Origin: an uncultured delta proteobacterium
GTDB taxonomy: Bacteria > Myxococcota > Myxococcia > Myxococcales > Anaeromyxobacteraceae
Length of the DNA stretch: 64,000 nucleotides
Direction of reading: 5' to 3'
Assembly (NCBI GenBank): GCA_963828255.1
Contig: CAWHDZ010000026.1
Coordinates: forward strand, 1-64,000
Shown: piece by piece, positions 53,217 through 63,164 of the stretch
How the letters are laid out: each line of letters begins with the position of its first letter
Numbering within the stretch: position 1 is the stretch's first letter
Made by a program: the position numbers and the translations under genes
The notes under the pieces: model-generated
Databases searched by the model: none
Seen by the model: only the letters and a program-made list of their open reading frames with translations
Told to the model about the DNA's origin: nothing

Positions 53217-53974
53217 GCGTTCCCCCCGTCACCCTCCGTCGCGTCTTCTGGCGCTGCCTGTTCCTCCAGGCAGCCTGGAACCGGCGCGGCATGCAGAACC
53301 TGGGCTTCGCCTACGCCATCGACCCGGCGCTGCGACGTCTCTACGCCGATCCCGCCAAGCGCAACGAGGCGCTGCGGCGTCACCTGGCCACGTTCAACTG
53401 CCACCCCTACACGGCGGCCGCGATCGTCGGCGGGGCCATCCACCACGAGGAGCGGGTCGCGGCGGGCCAGGAGCCGCCCGGCGCGCCGCTCGCCTACAAG
53501 CAGGTGCTGCAGGGTCCGCTGGCCGCGGTGGGCGACGGCTTCTTCTGGTCCGGGCTCCGGCCGTTCTTCGGCGCGCTGGCGGCGGTGGGGACCCTGGCGC
53601 TGGGCTGGCCGGCGCTGGTGGCCGCGCTCGTCCTCTACAACGCGGTCCACCTCTGGCTGCGCTGGACCCTCTTCCGCGCCGGGTACCGCTCCGGCGACGA
53701 GGTGGTGGTGCGGCTCGCCGCGCTCTCGCTTCCCGCATGGGCCTCGCGCCTGCGCGACTGGGGCGCGGTGCTCTGCGGCGTGGCGGCGGGGGCAGGGGCG
53801 CTCTCCGCGGTGGGGCGGATCTCGCCCTGGGCCGGGGTGCTGGCGATCGCCGCGGCGGTGGCGGGCATCGTGGCCCTCGGGCTGCGGGCGCGGCTCCTGC
53901 CCACGGCCTACGCGGTGATGGCGGCGGGTTCGGCGGTGGGAGCGGCGACGCAGGTCTTCCGGGGAGGAAGATAG
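53213..53974 (+). CDS. PTS mannose-family EIID
   Basis: QAAWN..GMQNLGF, FNCHP, GPLAAVGD.FFW. Confidence 0.92.
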   Translation: MSVPPVTLRRVFWRCLFLQAAWNRRGMQNLGFAYAIDPALRRLYADPAKRNEALRRHLATFNCHPYTAAAIVGGAIHHEERVAAGQEPPGAPLAYKQVLQGPLAAVGDGFFWSGLRPFFGALAAVGTLALGWPALVAALVLYNAVHLWLRWTLFRAGYRSGDEVVVRLAALSLPAWASRLRDWGAVLCGVAAGAGALSAVGRISPWAGVLAIAAAVAGIVALGLRARLLPTAYAVMAAGSAVGAATQVFRGGR

Positions 53975-53977
53975 GAC

Positions 53978-54250
53978 ATGCACCGGATCGAGAGGACCTT
54001 CACCATCGTCAACTCGCTCGGGCTGCACGCGCGCCCCGCCGCGATGATCGTGCAGGCGGCCAACAAGTTCCGCTGCGACATCCAGTTCGAGAAGGACGGC
54101 CTGCAGATCAACGCCAAGAGCATCATGGGCGTGCTCACGCTGGCGGCCGGGAAGGGCTCCTCGGTGGTGGTGGTCTGCGAGGGCGAGGACGCCGAGGCGG
54201 CGCTGGCGACGCTGGCCAAGGTCTTCGAGTCGGGCTTCGGGGAGCGCTGA
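53978..54250 (+). CDS. ptsH: Phosphocarrier protein HPr
   Basis: GLHARPA (His15), NAKSIMGV (Ser46). Confidence 0.96.
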   Translation: MHRIERTFTIVNSLGLHARPAAMIVQAANKFRCDIQFEKDGLQINAKSIMGVLTLAAGKGSSVVVVCEGEDAEAALATLAKVFESGFGER

Positions 54251-54252
54251 CC

Positions 54253-56025
54253 ATGGCCTCGACCACGCTCCAGGGGCTTCCGGCCTCCCCCGGCATCGCG
54301 GTCGGGCGCTGCTGGACGGTGGACCGGCGCAAGGTCCGCACGCCGCGCCGCAACATCTCCGCCGAGGAGGTGGAGGCCGAGCTGGCCCGCCTGGAGGCGG
54401 CCATCGAGCTCTCGGTACGCCAGCTCGACGGCGTCAAGGCGCGGATGGAGAGCGCCGACGGGACCGAGCACCTGGCCATCCTCGAGGTCCACCGCGCCAT
54501 GCTGCGCGACCCCTCGCTCGTGGACGAGTCGCGCCGGCTGGTTCGCGAGGAGCGGGTCAACGTCGAGTGGGCGGTGAAGCGGACCATCCGCAAGATCAAG
54601 GGAGCCTTCTCCGAGGACGACGAGTTCTTCCGCGAGCGGCGCTCCGACGTCGACTACGTGGGCGAGCGCATCGTGAAGAACCTGCTCGGCCAGGGGGTGG
54701 ACGTCGTCGAGACCCCGCCGCCCGGCTCCATCGTGGTGGCCCGCGACCTCTCCCCCGCCGACACCGCCATCCTCTTCCACGATCGCAAGGTGGCCGGGCT
54801 GGTCACCGACGCCGGCGGCATCACCAGCCACACCGCCATCGTGGCCCGCGCGCTGGAGATCCCGGCCGTGGTCGGCGCCGGGAAGGCCACCACGACCGCC
54901 GAGCGGGGCGACTGGATCGTCGTGGACGGCGGCCGCGGCCTGGTGGTGGTGAACCCCAGCGCCGGGGAGCGGGCCGACTACGAGGCGGCGCGCATCCGCC
55001 AGATGGAGCGCGAGGCCGAGCTGGCCCGCCTGAAGGACCTCCCGGCCGAGACCGTGGACGGGGTCCGGCTCCGCATGCTCGGCAACATCGAGTTCGGCGA
55101 GGAGGTTCCCGGGCTCCTCTCCCATGGTGGCGAGGGGGTCGGGCTCTACCGCACCGAGTTCCTCTTCATGGGGCGCACCGAGCTGCCCACCGAGGAGGAC
55201 CACTACCGCGACTACCGCAACATCCTCGAGGCCATGGGCGGCCGTCCGGTCACCGTGCGCACCTTCGACCTGGGCGGAGACAAGCTCCCCTCGGGCCAGA
55301 GGGACCACTCGGAGAACCCGGCGCTGGGGTTGCGGGCGGTCCGCTACTGCCTGCGCCACCCCGACCTCTTCCACGCCCAGCTGCGCGCCGCGGTGCGCGC
55401 CGCCGCCCACGGGAACTTGAGGCTCATGTTCCCCATGGTGAGCGGCGTGGCCGAGGTGCGCGCCGCCAAGTGGATGCTCACCGAGGCCTTCGAGGAGGTG
55501 GTGGCCCAGGGGCTCGAGGCCCGCATGCCGCCGGTGGGGATCATGGTGGAGCTGCCCGCCGCGGCGGTGGTGGCCGACCGGCTGGCCCAGGAGGTGGACT
55601 TCCTCTCCATCGGCACGAACGACCTGATCCAGTACACCATCGGCGTGGACCGCCAGAACAAGGACGTGGCCTACCTCTACCAGCCGCTCCACCTGGCCGT
55701 GCTGCGCATGCTGCGCTCCATCACCGACGCGGCCCGGGCCGCCGGCAGGCCCGTCTCCATGTGCGGGGAGATGGCCGGCGAGCCGCTCTACACGCTGGTG
55801 CTCCTCGGCCTGGGCCTCGACGAGCTCTCCATGAACGGCCCCTCCATCCCGCTCGTGAAGCGGGTGATCCGCAGCGCCTCGGCGCGCGAGGGGCGAGAGC
55901 TGCTCGACCGCATCCTGGGGCTCAACGCCGCCGACGACATCGAGCGAGAGGTCCGCGCCGAGATGACCCGGCGCTTCCCCGGGCTGCTCGAGGGCGACGC
56001 CGCGGTGGGGCCGGTCAGCGGGTGA
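54253..56025 (+). CDS. ptsI: PTS enzyme I
   Basis: TSHTAI, GLYRTEFLF, SIGTNDLIQY, CGEMAG. Confidence 0.96.
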   Translation: MASTTLQGLPASPGIAVGRCWTVDRRKVRTPRRNISAEEVEAELARLEAAIELSVRQLDGVKARMESADGTEHLAILEVHRAMLRDPSLVDESRRLVREERVNVEWAVKRTIRKIKGAFSEDDEFFRERRSDVDYVGERIVKNLLGQGVDVVETPPPGSIVVARDLSPADTAILFHDRKVAGLVTDAGGITSHTAIVARALEIPAVVGAGKATTTAERGDWIVVDGGRGLVVVNPSAGERADYEAARIRQMEREAELARLKDLPAETVDGVRLRMLGNIEFGEEVPGLLSHGGEGVGLYRTEFLFMGRTELPTEEDHYRDYRNILEAMGGRPVTVRTFDLGGDKLPSGQRDHSENPALGLRAVRYCLRHPDLFHAQLRAAVRAAAHGNLRLMFPMVSGVAEVRAAKWMLTEAFEEVVAQGLEARMPPVGIMVELPAAAVVADRLAQEVDFLSIGTNDLIQYTIGVDRQNKDVAYLYQPLHLAVLRMLRSITDAARAAGRPVSMCGEMAGEPLYTLVLLGLGLDELSMNGPSIPLVKRVIRSASAREGRELLDRILGLNAADDIEREVRAEMTRRFPGLLEGDAAVGPVSG

Positions 56026-56057
56026 TCCCCGCCCCATCCTCCGGGTCGCCGGCGTCC

Positions 56058-56087
56058 TTGACACGTCCGTTCCAGCGGACGTAAGAC
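56058..56087 (+). promoter_or_regulatory. Putative metK promoter with a dyad in the spacer
   Basis: TTGACA-N18-TAAGAC; ACGTCCG-N6-CGGACGT inverted repeat at 56063-56082. Confidence 0.55.
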
Positions 56088-56111
56088 AGCCACCCTTCCC
56101 CCGGGAGAACC

Positions 56112-57269
56112 ATGCAGAAAGACTTCCTCTTCACCTCCGAGTCGGTGACCGAGGGCCATCCGGACAAGATGGCCGACCAGATCTCCGACGCCGTCCTCGA
56201 CGCCGTCCTGGCCCGCGACCCCAAGGGACGGGTGGCCTGCGAGACCCTGCTCAAGACCGGCTACGTCATGATCGCCGGCGAGATCACCACCAAGGCCCAC
56301 GTCGACTACCAGAAGCTGGCCCGCGACACGGTGAAGAGGATTGGATACACGCACAGTGACATGGGCTTCGACGGCCACACCTGCGCGGTGCTGGTCGCGG
56401 TGGACCAGCAGTCGCCCGACATCGGGCAGGGAGTGGACACCGGCGGCGCCGGCGACCAGGGGATGATGTTCGGCTACGCCTGCGACGAGACGCCCGAGCT
56501 CATGCCGGCGCCCATCCAGTACGCCCACCACCTCACCCGCGAGCTCTCCCGCGCGCGCCGCCGCGGCCTCGACTTCCTGCGCCCCGACGGCAAGGCGCAG
56601 GTGAGCGTCGAGTACCGGGACGGCAAGGTGGCGCGCATCGACACGGTGGTGGTCTCCAGCCAGCACTCCGACGCGGTCTCGAACAAGACCCTCCACGCCG
56701 CCGTGCGCGAGGAGGTCATCGCCCGGGCGCTTCCGAAGAAGCTCGTCGACCGCAAGACCCGGATCTTCATCAACCCCACCGGCCGCTTCGTCGTGGGCGG
56801 ACCCATGGGCGACACCGGCGTCACCGGCCGCAAGATCATCGTGGATACCTACGGCGGCATGGGGCGTCACGGCGGCGGGGCGTTCAGCGGCAAGGACCCC
56901 TCCAAGGTCGATCGCTCGGCCGCCTACATGGGGCGCTACATCGCCAAGAACGTGGTGGCGGCCGGCCTGGCCACCCGCTGCGAGGTGCAGGTGGCCTACG
57001 CCATCGGCGTGGCCGAGCCGGTCTCGGTGATGGTGGAGACCTTCGGGACCTCCACCGTCTCCGAGGAGGCGATCGCCGCTGCGGTCCGCGAGGTCTTCGG
57101 CCTCACCCCCGGCGAGATCATCCGGGGCCTCGACCTGCTCCGCCCCATCTACCAGGCCACCGCCGCCTACGGCCACTTCGGCCGCGAGGAGAAGGCCTTC
57201 ACCTGGGAGCGCACCGACAAGAAGGGCGCGCTCCAGGCCGCCGTCGGGCGCAAGGGCAAGCGCAGCTAG
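56112..57269 (+). CDS. metK: S-adenosylmethionine synthase
   Basis: [28 protein letters not shown]. Confidence 0.98.
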   Translation: MQKDFLFTSESVTEGHPDKMADQISDAVLDAVLARDPKGRVACETLLKTGYVMIAGEITTKAHVDYQKLARDTVKRIGYTHSDMGFDGHTCAVLVAVDQQSPDIGQGVDTGGAGDQGMMFGYACDETPELMPAPIQYAHHLTRELSRARRRGLDFLRPDGKAQVSVEYRDGKVARIDTVVVSSQHSDAVSNKTLHAAVREEVIARALPKKLVDRKTRIFINPTGRFVVGGPMGDTGVTGRKIIVDTYGGMGRHGGGAFSGKDPSKVDRSAAYMGRYIAKNVVAAGLATRCEVQVAYAIGVAEPVSVMVETFGTSTVSEEAIAAAVREVFGLTPGEIIRGLDLLRPIYQATAAYGHFGREEKAFTWERTDKKGALQAAVGRKGKRS

Positions 57270-57296
57270 CCCGTTCTGGGGATCCGGGGAGCCGGC

Positions 57297-58169
57297 ATGG
57301 GACCTCTCGCCGCCCTCCTCCTCGGGATCGTCCAGGCGATCACCGAGTTCCTTCCGGTCAGCTCCACCGCCCACCTGCTGCTGGTCGGCGAGCTGCTCGG
57401 CGAGAGCCTGGGCGACGACAGGTTCCGGGCCTTCGTCACCATCATCCAGACCGGCACCACGCTGGCGGTGCTGGTCTACTTCCGGCAGGACCTCGGGCGC
57501 ATCACCGCGGCCTTCGTGCGCGGGCTCCGCGAGGGCCGGCCGCTCGGCACCTTCGAGGCGCGCCTGGCCTGGTACATCGCGCTCGGCACGGTCCCGGCGG
57601 CGGTGCTGGGCAAGCTCCTCGAGCGCCCCATCGAGGCGCTCGGCAACGGGGTCATCGCCTTCTCCCTCGTCTTCTGGGGCGTGGTCATGGCGCTCGCGGA
57701 GCGCTTCGCCTCCCACCGGCGCACCATGGAGGACGTCACGGCCCGCTCGGCGCTGGCCATCGGCATCGGCCAGGCGCTGGCGCTCGTGCCCGGGACGTCC
57801 CGTTCGGGGAGCACCATCACCACCGGGATGCTGCTCGGCTTCTCGCGCGAGGCCGCTGCCCGCTTCAGCTTCCTCCTCTCGGTCCCCATCATCCTGGGCG
57901 CCGGTGTCTACAAGCTCGCCAAGGCGCTGCCGGTCCTGCGCGACCAACCCTCCTGGCGCTCCGCCACGCTGATCGGGACGGCGGTCTCGGCGGTGGCGGG
58001 GTACCTGGTCATCGGCTGGCTGCTGCGCTACCTGCGCACGCGCACCACCTACCTGTTCGTGGCCTGGAGGATCGTGCTGGGCGTGCTGGTGGCCGTCCTG
58101 CTCTGGCAGGGCCTCCTCCCGGCCGAGGACGCGCCGGTTCCTCCTCCCCCGGCCGCCCGGATCCGATGA
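57297..58169 (+). CDS. uppP: Undecaprenyl-diphosphatase
   Basis: TEFLPVSSTAH, PGTSRSG, AARFSFLL. Confidence 0.95.
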   Translation: MGPLAALLLGIVQAITEFLPVSSTAHLLLVGELLGESLGDDRFRAFVTIIQTGTTLAVLVYFRQDLGRITAAFVRGLREGRPLGTFEARLAWYIALGTVPAAVLGKLLERPIEALGNGVIAFSLVFWGVVMALAERFASHRRTMEDVTARSALAIGIGQALALVPGTSRSGSTITTGMLLGFSREAAARFSFLLSVPIILGAGVYKLAKALPVLRDQPSWRSATLIGTAVSAVAGYLVIGWLLRYLRTRTTYLFVAWRIVLGVLVAVLLWQGLLPAEDAPVPPPPAARIR

Positions 58170-58762
58170 CCATCGAGGCGCTCCGGAGGGCGCTCGCCGG
58201 GCGCCCGTTCACGCTCCTCGACGTCGTCGCGCTCGAGCCGGCCTACCGCCATTCCATCGGAAAGCTCGCCGGGGCGGCAGTGCTGGTGCCGATCTTCACC
58301 CGCGACGGCGAGCCCCACGTCCTCATGACGCGACGGCGCGACGACCTCCGGCTCCACCCCGGCCAGATCTCCTTCCCCGGAGGGCGGATCGATCCGACCG
58401 ACAGGGACGCCCAGGCCGCCGCGCTCCGCGAGGCCGAGGAGGAGATCGGCCTCGCTCCCGCCGACGTGGAGGTGCTGGGAAGGCTCGGCGAGGCGCTGGT
58501 GGTGACGTCCGGGTTCCGCTTGACGCCCTGGGTGGGCCTCGTGCCATATCCGTACCCGTACGTCGCCCAGCCCGACGAGGTGGCCGGGCTGGTCGAGTTC
58601 TCCGTCGCCGACCTCCTCGCGCCGGGAAGTCATCGGGTCGAGGCCCGGGAGGCGTTCGGCATGGCGCACGAGGTCCACACCTTCGACGTCGGCGGGGAGG
58701 TCGTATGGGGCGCCACCGCGTGCATCCTCCACGAGCTCCTCGCCGTCTGGAGATCCGCATGA
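58166..58762 (+). CDS. Nudix CoA pyrophosphatase (NudL-like)
   Basis: HPGQISFPGG, ALREAEEEIG, VWGATA. Confidence 0.9.
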   Translation: MTIEALRRALAGRPFTLLDVVALEPAYRHSIGKLAGAAVLVPIFTRDGEPHVLMTRRRDDLRLHPGQISFPGGRIDPTDRDAQAAALREAEEEIGLAPADVEVLGRLGEALVVTSGFRLTPWVGLVPYPYPYVAQPDEVAGLVEFSVADLLAPGSHRVEAREAFGMAHEVHTFDVGGEVVWGATACILHELLAVWRSA

Positions 58763-59847
58763 AGCTCTTTCCCGTGGTGATGGCCGGCGGCAGCGGAACC
58801 CGGTTCTGGCCGCTCAGCCGCAAGAACCGCCCCAAGCAGTTCCTGCCCCTCGACGGCGACGAGCCGATGCTTGCCGCCACGGTCGAAAGGTTGCCCCCGC
58901 TGGCGCGCATCCAGGACACCTTCGTGGTCTGCGGACCGAACCACGCCGCCGCGGCGCGCCGCATCCTGCGCAAGCTCCCCAAGGACAACCTCATCGTCGA
59001 GCCCTGCCCGCGCAACACCGCTCCCTGCATCGGCCTGGCCGCGCTGCACGTCACGCGGCGCGATCCCAAGGGGGTGATGATCATGCTTCCGGCCGACCAC
59101 CACGTGGCCCGCCCCGAGGCCATGCGCGAGGCGCTCGCCGCCGGTGCGCAGCTGGCCTTCGAGGGGGCGGTGGCCACCATCGGCATCCGCCCCGACCGGC
59201 CCGAGACCGGCTACGGCTACCTCAAGGTGGGCGCCCGGCTGAAGGCGGTCGGGCGCGGCAAGAAGGCCTTCCACCCGTCGCGGGTGGAGCGCTTCGTCGA
59301 GAAGCCCGACGTGGTCACGGCCTCGCGCTACCTGGCCGAGGGGGGCTACCTCTGGAACTCGGGCATCTTCCTCTTCCGGGCCGACGTCATCCTCGAGGAG
59401 ATCCGGCGGGCCATGCCGGTGCTCGGCGAGCAGCTGGCGGTCATCGAGAAGGCGCTCGGCACCCCCTCCTACGGCCGCACGCTGGCCCGGGTCTTCCCGG
59501 CCGCCCCCTCCATCTCCATCGACTACGGCGTCATGGAGAAGAGCCAGCGCATCGCGGTGGTCCCGGCCGAGTTCGGCTGGAGCGACGTGGGGAGCTTCGC
59601 GGCCCTCTCGGAGGTGCGCGAGCTCGACGACCTCGGCAACGTGCTGCAGGGCGACGCCATCGTCATCGACGGCCACGACAACGTGGTGCTCGGGCACGGC
59701 AAGCGCCCGATCGCGGTGGTCGGGGTGGACGGGCTGGTCGTGGTCGACGCCGGCGACGCGGTCCTGGTGGTGCGCAAGGAGAAGGCCCAGGACGTGCGCA
59801 AGGCGGTCGAGGAGCTCAAGCGGCGCGGGCGCGGTTCGCTCCTCTAG
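58759..59847 (+). CDS. manC: Mannose-1-phosphate guanylyltransferase
   Basis: MAGGSGTRFWPLSR..PKQF, RNTAP, ETGYGY, FVEKP, WNSG, WSDVGS. Confidence 0.93.
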   Translation: MKLFPVVMAGGSGTRFWPLSRKNRPKQFLPLDGDEPMLAATVERLPPLARIQDTFVVCGPNHAAAARRILRKLPKDNLIVEPCPRNTAPCIGLAALHVTRRDPKGVMIMLPADHHVARPEAMREALAAGAQLAFEGAVATIGIRPDRPETGYGYLKVGARLKAVGRGKKAFHPSRVERFVEKPDVVTASRYLAEGGYLWNSGIFLFRADVILEEIRRAMPVLGEQLAVIEKALGTPSYGRTLARVFPAAPSISIDYGVMEKSQRIAVVPAEFGWSDVGSFAALSEVRELDDLGNVLQGDAIVIDGHDNVVLGHGKRPIAVVGVDGLVVVDAGDAVLVVRKEKAQDVRKAVEELKRRGRGSLL

Positions 59848-59878
59848 GCGGTCGGCGCCGGGCGCGAAGGGGGACGAC

Positions 59879-61249
59879 ATGGCGGCCATCTCGAAGACGA
59901 TCTTCCGCGAGTACGACATCCGCGGGCTGGTGGACCAGGACCTCACCGAGGACGCGGTGCTCCTCGTGGGGCGCGCGCTCGGCGCCGAGGTGCGCGAGCA
60001 GGGCGGCCGCCGGGTGGTCATGGGGCGCGACTGCCGGGAGAGCGGTCCACGCTTCGCGAGGGCGATGGCGGCGGGGCTGAACGCGGCCGGCGTGGACGTG
60101 ACCGATCTGGGGGTGGTGCCCACGCCGCTCACCTACTTCGCCGCGGCCACCCTTCCGGTGGACGGCCTGGTGATGATCACCGGCTCCCACAACCCGCCCG
60201 AGTACAACGGCCTCAAGGTCGGGGTGGGGAAGAACACGCTCCACGGCGACGGCATCCAGGCGCTCCTCCGGCGCATCACCGCGGACCGCTTCACGAGCGG
60301 GGAGGGCAAGGTCGAGGCCCACGACATCGTCACGCCCTACCTGGCCTACGTCCGCGGCAATCTGAAGCTCGGCCCCCGCAAGCTCAAGGTGGTGGTGGAC
60401 GCCGGGAACGGCACCGGCGGCGTCATCGCCGTGCCGCTCTTCCGCTCGCTGGGCGTCGAGGTGGTGCCGCTCTTCGAGGAGATGGACGGGCGCTTCCCGA
60501 ACCACCACCCGGACCCGACGGTGGAGAAGAACCTCGCGTTCCTCAAGGCCAAGGTGCTCGAGACCGGCGCCGACCTGGGGGTGGCCTACGACGGCGACGC
60601 CGACCGGGTGGGGGCCGTGGACGAGAAGGGAACGGTGCTGTGGGGCGACCAGCTCATGATCCTCTTCTCGCGGGCGGTGCTGGCCGAGAACCCCGGCGCG
60701 GCCATCGTCGGCGAGGTGAAGTGCTCGAAGACCCTCTACGACGACATCGCCGCCCGCGGCGGCCGGGGCATCATGTGGAAGGCCGGCCACAGCCTCATCA
60801 AGGCCAAGATGAAGGAGGAGGGGGCGCTGCTCGCCGGGGAGATGAGCGGGCACATCTTCTTCGCCCACCGCTGGTTCGGCTTCGACGACGGCATCTACTC
60901 GTCGGGCCGGCTGCTCGAGCTGGTCTCGCGCACCGACCGGCCGGTCTCGACGCTCCTCGCCGACGTGCCGAGGACCTTCTCGACGCCGGAGATCCGCTAC
61001 GACTGCCCGGAGGAGATCAAGTTCGAGCTGGTCCGCCTGGCGCAGGAGTGGTTCGCCTCCCGGCACGAGGCGGTGACCATCGACGGGGTCCGCGTGATCT
61101 TTTCCGACGGGTGGGGCCTGGTCCGCGCCTCCAACACCCAGCCGCTCCTCGTCCTCCGCTTCGAGGCCCTGACGGCCGGGAGGCTGGCCGAGATCCAGGC
61201 GCTGGTGACCTCGAAGGTGGATGAGCTGAAACGGCGTCTCGGCGCGTAG
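59879..61249 (+). CDS. Phosphomannomutase/phosphoglucomutase
   Basis: YDIRG, TGSHNP, DGDADR, GEMSGH, RASNT. Confidence 0.95.
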   Translation: MAAISKTIFREYDIRGLVDQDLTEDAVLLVGRALGAEVREQGGRRVVMGRDCRESGPRFARAMAAGLNAAGVDVTDLGVVPTPLTYFAAATLPVDGLVMITGSHNPPEYNGLKVGVGKNTLHGDGIQALLRRITADRFTSGEGKVEAHDIVTPYLAYVRGNLKLGPRKLKVVVDAGNGTGGVIAVPLFRSLGVEVVPLFEEMDGRFPNHHPDPTVEKNLAFLKAKVLETGADLGVAYDGDADRVGAVDEKGTVLWGDQLMILFSRAVLAENPGAAIVGEVKCSKTLYDDIAARGGRGIMWKAGHSLIKAKMKEEGALLAGEMSGHIFFAHRWFGFDDGIYSSGRLLELVSRTDRPVSTLLADVPRTFSTPEIRYDCPEEIKFELVRLAQEWFASRHEAVTIDGVRVIFSDGWGLVRASNTQPLLVLRFEALTAGRLAEIQALVTSKVDELKRRLGA

Positions 61250-61462
61250 CGCCGGGACGCAATGCCCGACGAAAGCCAAGCCCAGCAGCTTTTCCATGAC
61301 ATTGACGGCGAGTGAACACGCACTCAAGGTCATCGTTCACGCTTCGAGATTGACCCTCGGACCGATCGTCACGCCGCCTTCCCCGCTCGGCCCGGCACGA
61401 TCCAACCGGGTACATCGCCACCGATCTCCGGCGGTCACCGCAAGAAAATGTCGGCCGTATCC

Positions 61463-61491
61463 TTGCAAGGTCGATCTGCGTTCGCTAATCT
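61463..61491 (+). promoter_or_regulatory. Putative sigma70 promoter for the Lys-rich micro-ORF
   Basis: TTGCAA-N17-TAATCT. Confidence 0.6.
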
Positions 61492-61547
61492 GCACTCGTC
61501 TTCGTAGTGCGTCGTTGGTAGTTGACCAACTGTCAGGGAGGTAACAC

Positions 61548-61622
61548 ATGGCTGCCAAGAAGAAGGCTGTGAAGAAGGCTCCGGCGAAGAAGAAGGCTGT
61601 GAAGAAGGCCAAGAAGAAGTAA
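61548..61622 (+). CDS. 24-aa Lys/Ala-rich histone-H1-like micropeptide MAAKKKAVKKAPAKKKAVKKAKKK
   Basis: GGGAGG SD 7 nt before the ATG, TAA stop, upstream promoter; below the ORF-track size cut-off. Confidence 0.75.
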   Translation: MAAKKKAVKKAPAKKKAVKKAKKK

Positions 61623-61634
61623 CGATGCCTTCGT

Positions 61635-61683
61635 GGCGCGAGGAGACTCGCGCCGGGTCTTGCGGCCGCCTCCGGGCGGCCGC
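61635..61683 (+). terminator. Tandem GC-rich hairpins after the micro-ORF (terminator or processing/stability element)
   Basis: GGCGCGAG-GAGA-CTCGCGCC and GCGGCCGCC-TCCG-GGCGGCCGC; weak U-tract. Confidence 0.45.
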
Positions 61684-61700
61684 AGCCGTTTCGGGCTCCC

Positions 61701-63164
61701 GTGTCCCTGCGCTCCGGCGAGATCGCGCTCCTCATCGAGGAGCTCCGCCCCCTGGTGGGGTCGCGCGTCGACGCGGTGCGGGTTCACTCCGAGCGGCTCG
61801 TCACCCTGGAACTGCGCGGTCCGGCCGGCGACGCCACCCTGCTCCTCTCCGCCGAGCCGGACCTCACCCGCCTCCACGCCGCCACCTGGCGCCCCCCGTC
61901 CCATCCCGAGCCGCTGGCCTTCCAGGTCGCGCTGCGCCGCGAGATCAGTGGCGCCCGGCTCGCGTCCATCGAGGCTCCCGGCGGGGATCGGCTGGTGGCA
62001 TTGCGTTTCGAGCGCCCGGCCGGCCCCGTGTCGCTCCTGGCCGAGCTGACCGGGCGGAACGGAAACCTCCTCCTCGTGGACGGAGCCGGCGTCGTCCGGG
62101 CCATGGCAGGCCGGAACCTCTCCCAGCGCCGGGCGCTCCTGCCGGGCGCCCCGTACCTCCCGCCGGAGGCCCGGGAGGGGGACGGCGAGGCGCCCCGCTT
62201 CGCGCCGGTGGAGGGCGCGCCGTTTCCCGTCTCCGCCGCGGTCGAGGCCTTCTACCGGAGGCTCGAGGAGGAGCGCGCCCTCTCGGCCGCACGCCGCCGC
62301 CTGCGCGAGCCGCTGCGGGCGGGGGTGGCCCGGTCGCGCCGGGCGCTCGAGAAGCTCGCCGACGAGGCGGCGCGCGTACCCGCGGCCGAGGCCGACCGGC
62401 GCGCCGCCGACCTCCTCAAGCAGAACCTCCGCGCGGTCCCGCGCGGAGCCCGGGAGGTCGCCGTCACCGAGTGGACCGAGGACGGCCCCATCCACGTGAC
62501 GCTGGCCATCGACCCGGCGCTCACGCCGCGCGCCAACATGGAGCGCTTCTACCGGCGCTACCGGCGCATCGCCGAGAGCGCCGCCCGGGTCGAGGCCCGC
62601 GTCGGCGAGGTGAGGGCGAGGCTCGCGGCCACCGAGGCGCTGCTCGCCGAGCTCGAATCCGCCCCGCCCGAGGCGCTGCCGCGGCTCGAGCGGGAGGCAC
62701 GCAAGGTCGGCGCCGCACCGCGCGTGCAGCGCCCGCCCCGCCGGCGCGACGAGAAGCCGGCCGCTCCCTACCGGACCTTCCGGTCGGCAGCCGGCCTCCT
62801 CGTCCTGGTGGGGCGCGGCGCCGCCGAGAACGATCAGCTGACCGTGCGGGTGGCCAAGGGAAACGACGTCTGGCTTCACGCCCGCGGCCGCACCGGCGCC
62901 CACGTCGTCCTGCGGCTCCCCAAGGGGCGAGCCCCCGATCAGGAGAGCCTGCTCGACGCGGCCCACCTGGCCGCCCACTTCAGCGACGCCCGGGGGGAGG
63001 CCGCTCCCGAGGTGGTCTACACGCGCGTGAAGCACGTCCGGAAGGTGAAGGGGGCCGCCCCCGGGGCCGTGACCTACAGCCAGGAGAAGGGGATGGCGCT
63101 GCGGGTGGAGCCGTCGCGCCTCACGCGGCTCCTCCTGGGGGAGTCCGACGGGGAGCCTTCGTGA
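61701..63164 (+). CDS. rqcH: NFACT-family ribosome quality control protein (RqcH/FbpA-like)
   Basis: NFACT-N (DRLV, ELTGRNGNLLLVD), coiled coil, NFACT-R (VGRGAAENDQLT, DVWLHAR..GAHVV). Confidence 0.85.
   Translation: MSLRSGEIALLIEELRPLVGSRVDAVRVHSERLVTLELRGPAGDATLLLSAEPDLTRLHAATWRPPSHPEPLAFQVALRREISGARLASIEAPGGDRLVALRFERPAGPVSLLAELTGRNGNLLLVDGAGVVRAMAGRNLSQRRALLPGAPYLPPEAREGDGEAPRFAPVEGAPFPVSAAVEAFYRRLEEERALSAARRRLREPLRAGVARSRRALEKLADEAARVPAAEADRRAADLLKQNLRAVPRGAREVAVTEWTEDGPIHVTLAIDPALTPRANMERFYRRYRRIAESAARVEARVGEVRARLAATEALLAELESAPPEALPRLEREARKVGAAPRVQRPPRRRDEKPAAPYRTFRSAAGLLVLVGRGAAENDQLTVRVAKGNDVWLHARGRTGAHVVLRLPKGRAPDQESLLDAAHLAAHFSDARGEAAPEVVYTRVKHVRKVKGAAPGAVTYSQEKGMALRVEPSRLTRLLLGESDGEPS

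Noticed and set aside
56026..56111. SAM riboswitch before metK
   Set aside because: Too short, occupied by promoter-like elements, and no SAM-I/II core seen.
61296..61544. 82-aa ORF in the pmm-rqcH intergenic region
   Set aside because: No coding codon bias; better explained as promoter and leader of the micro-ORF.
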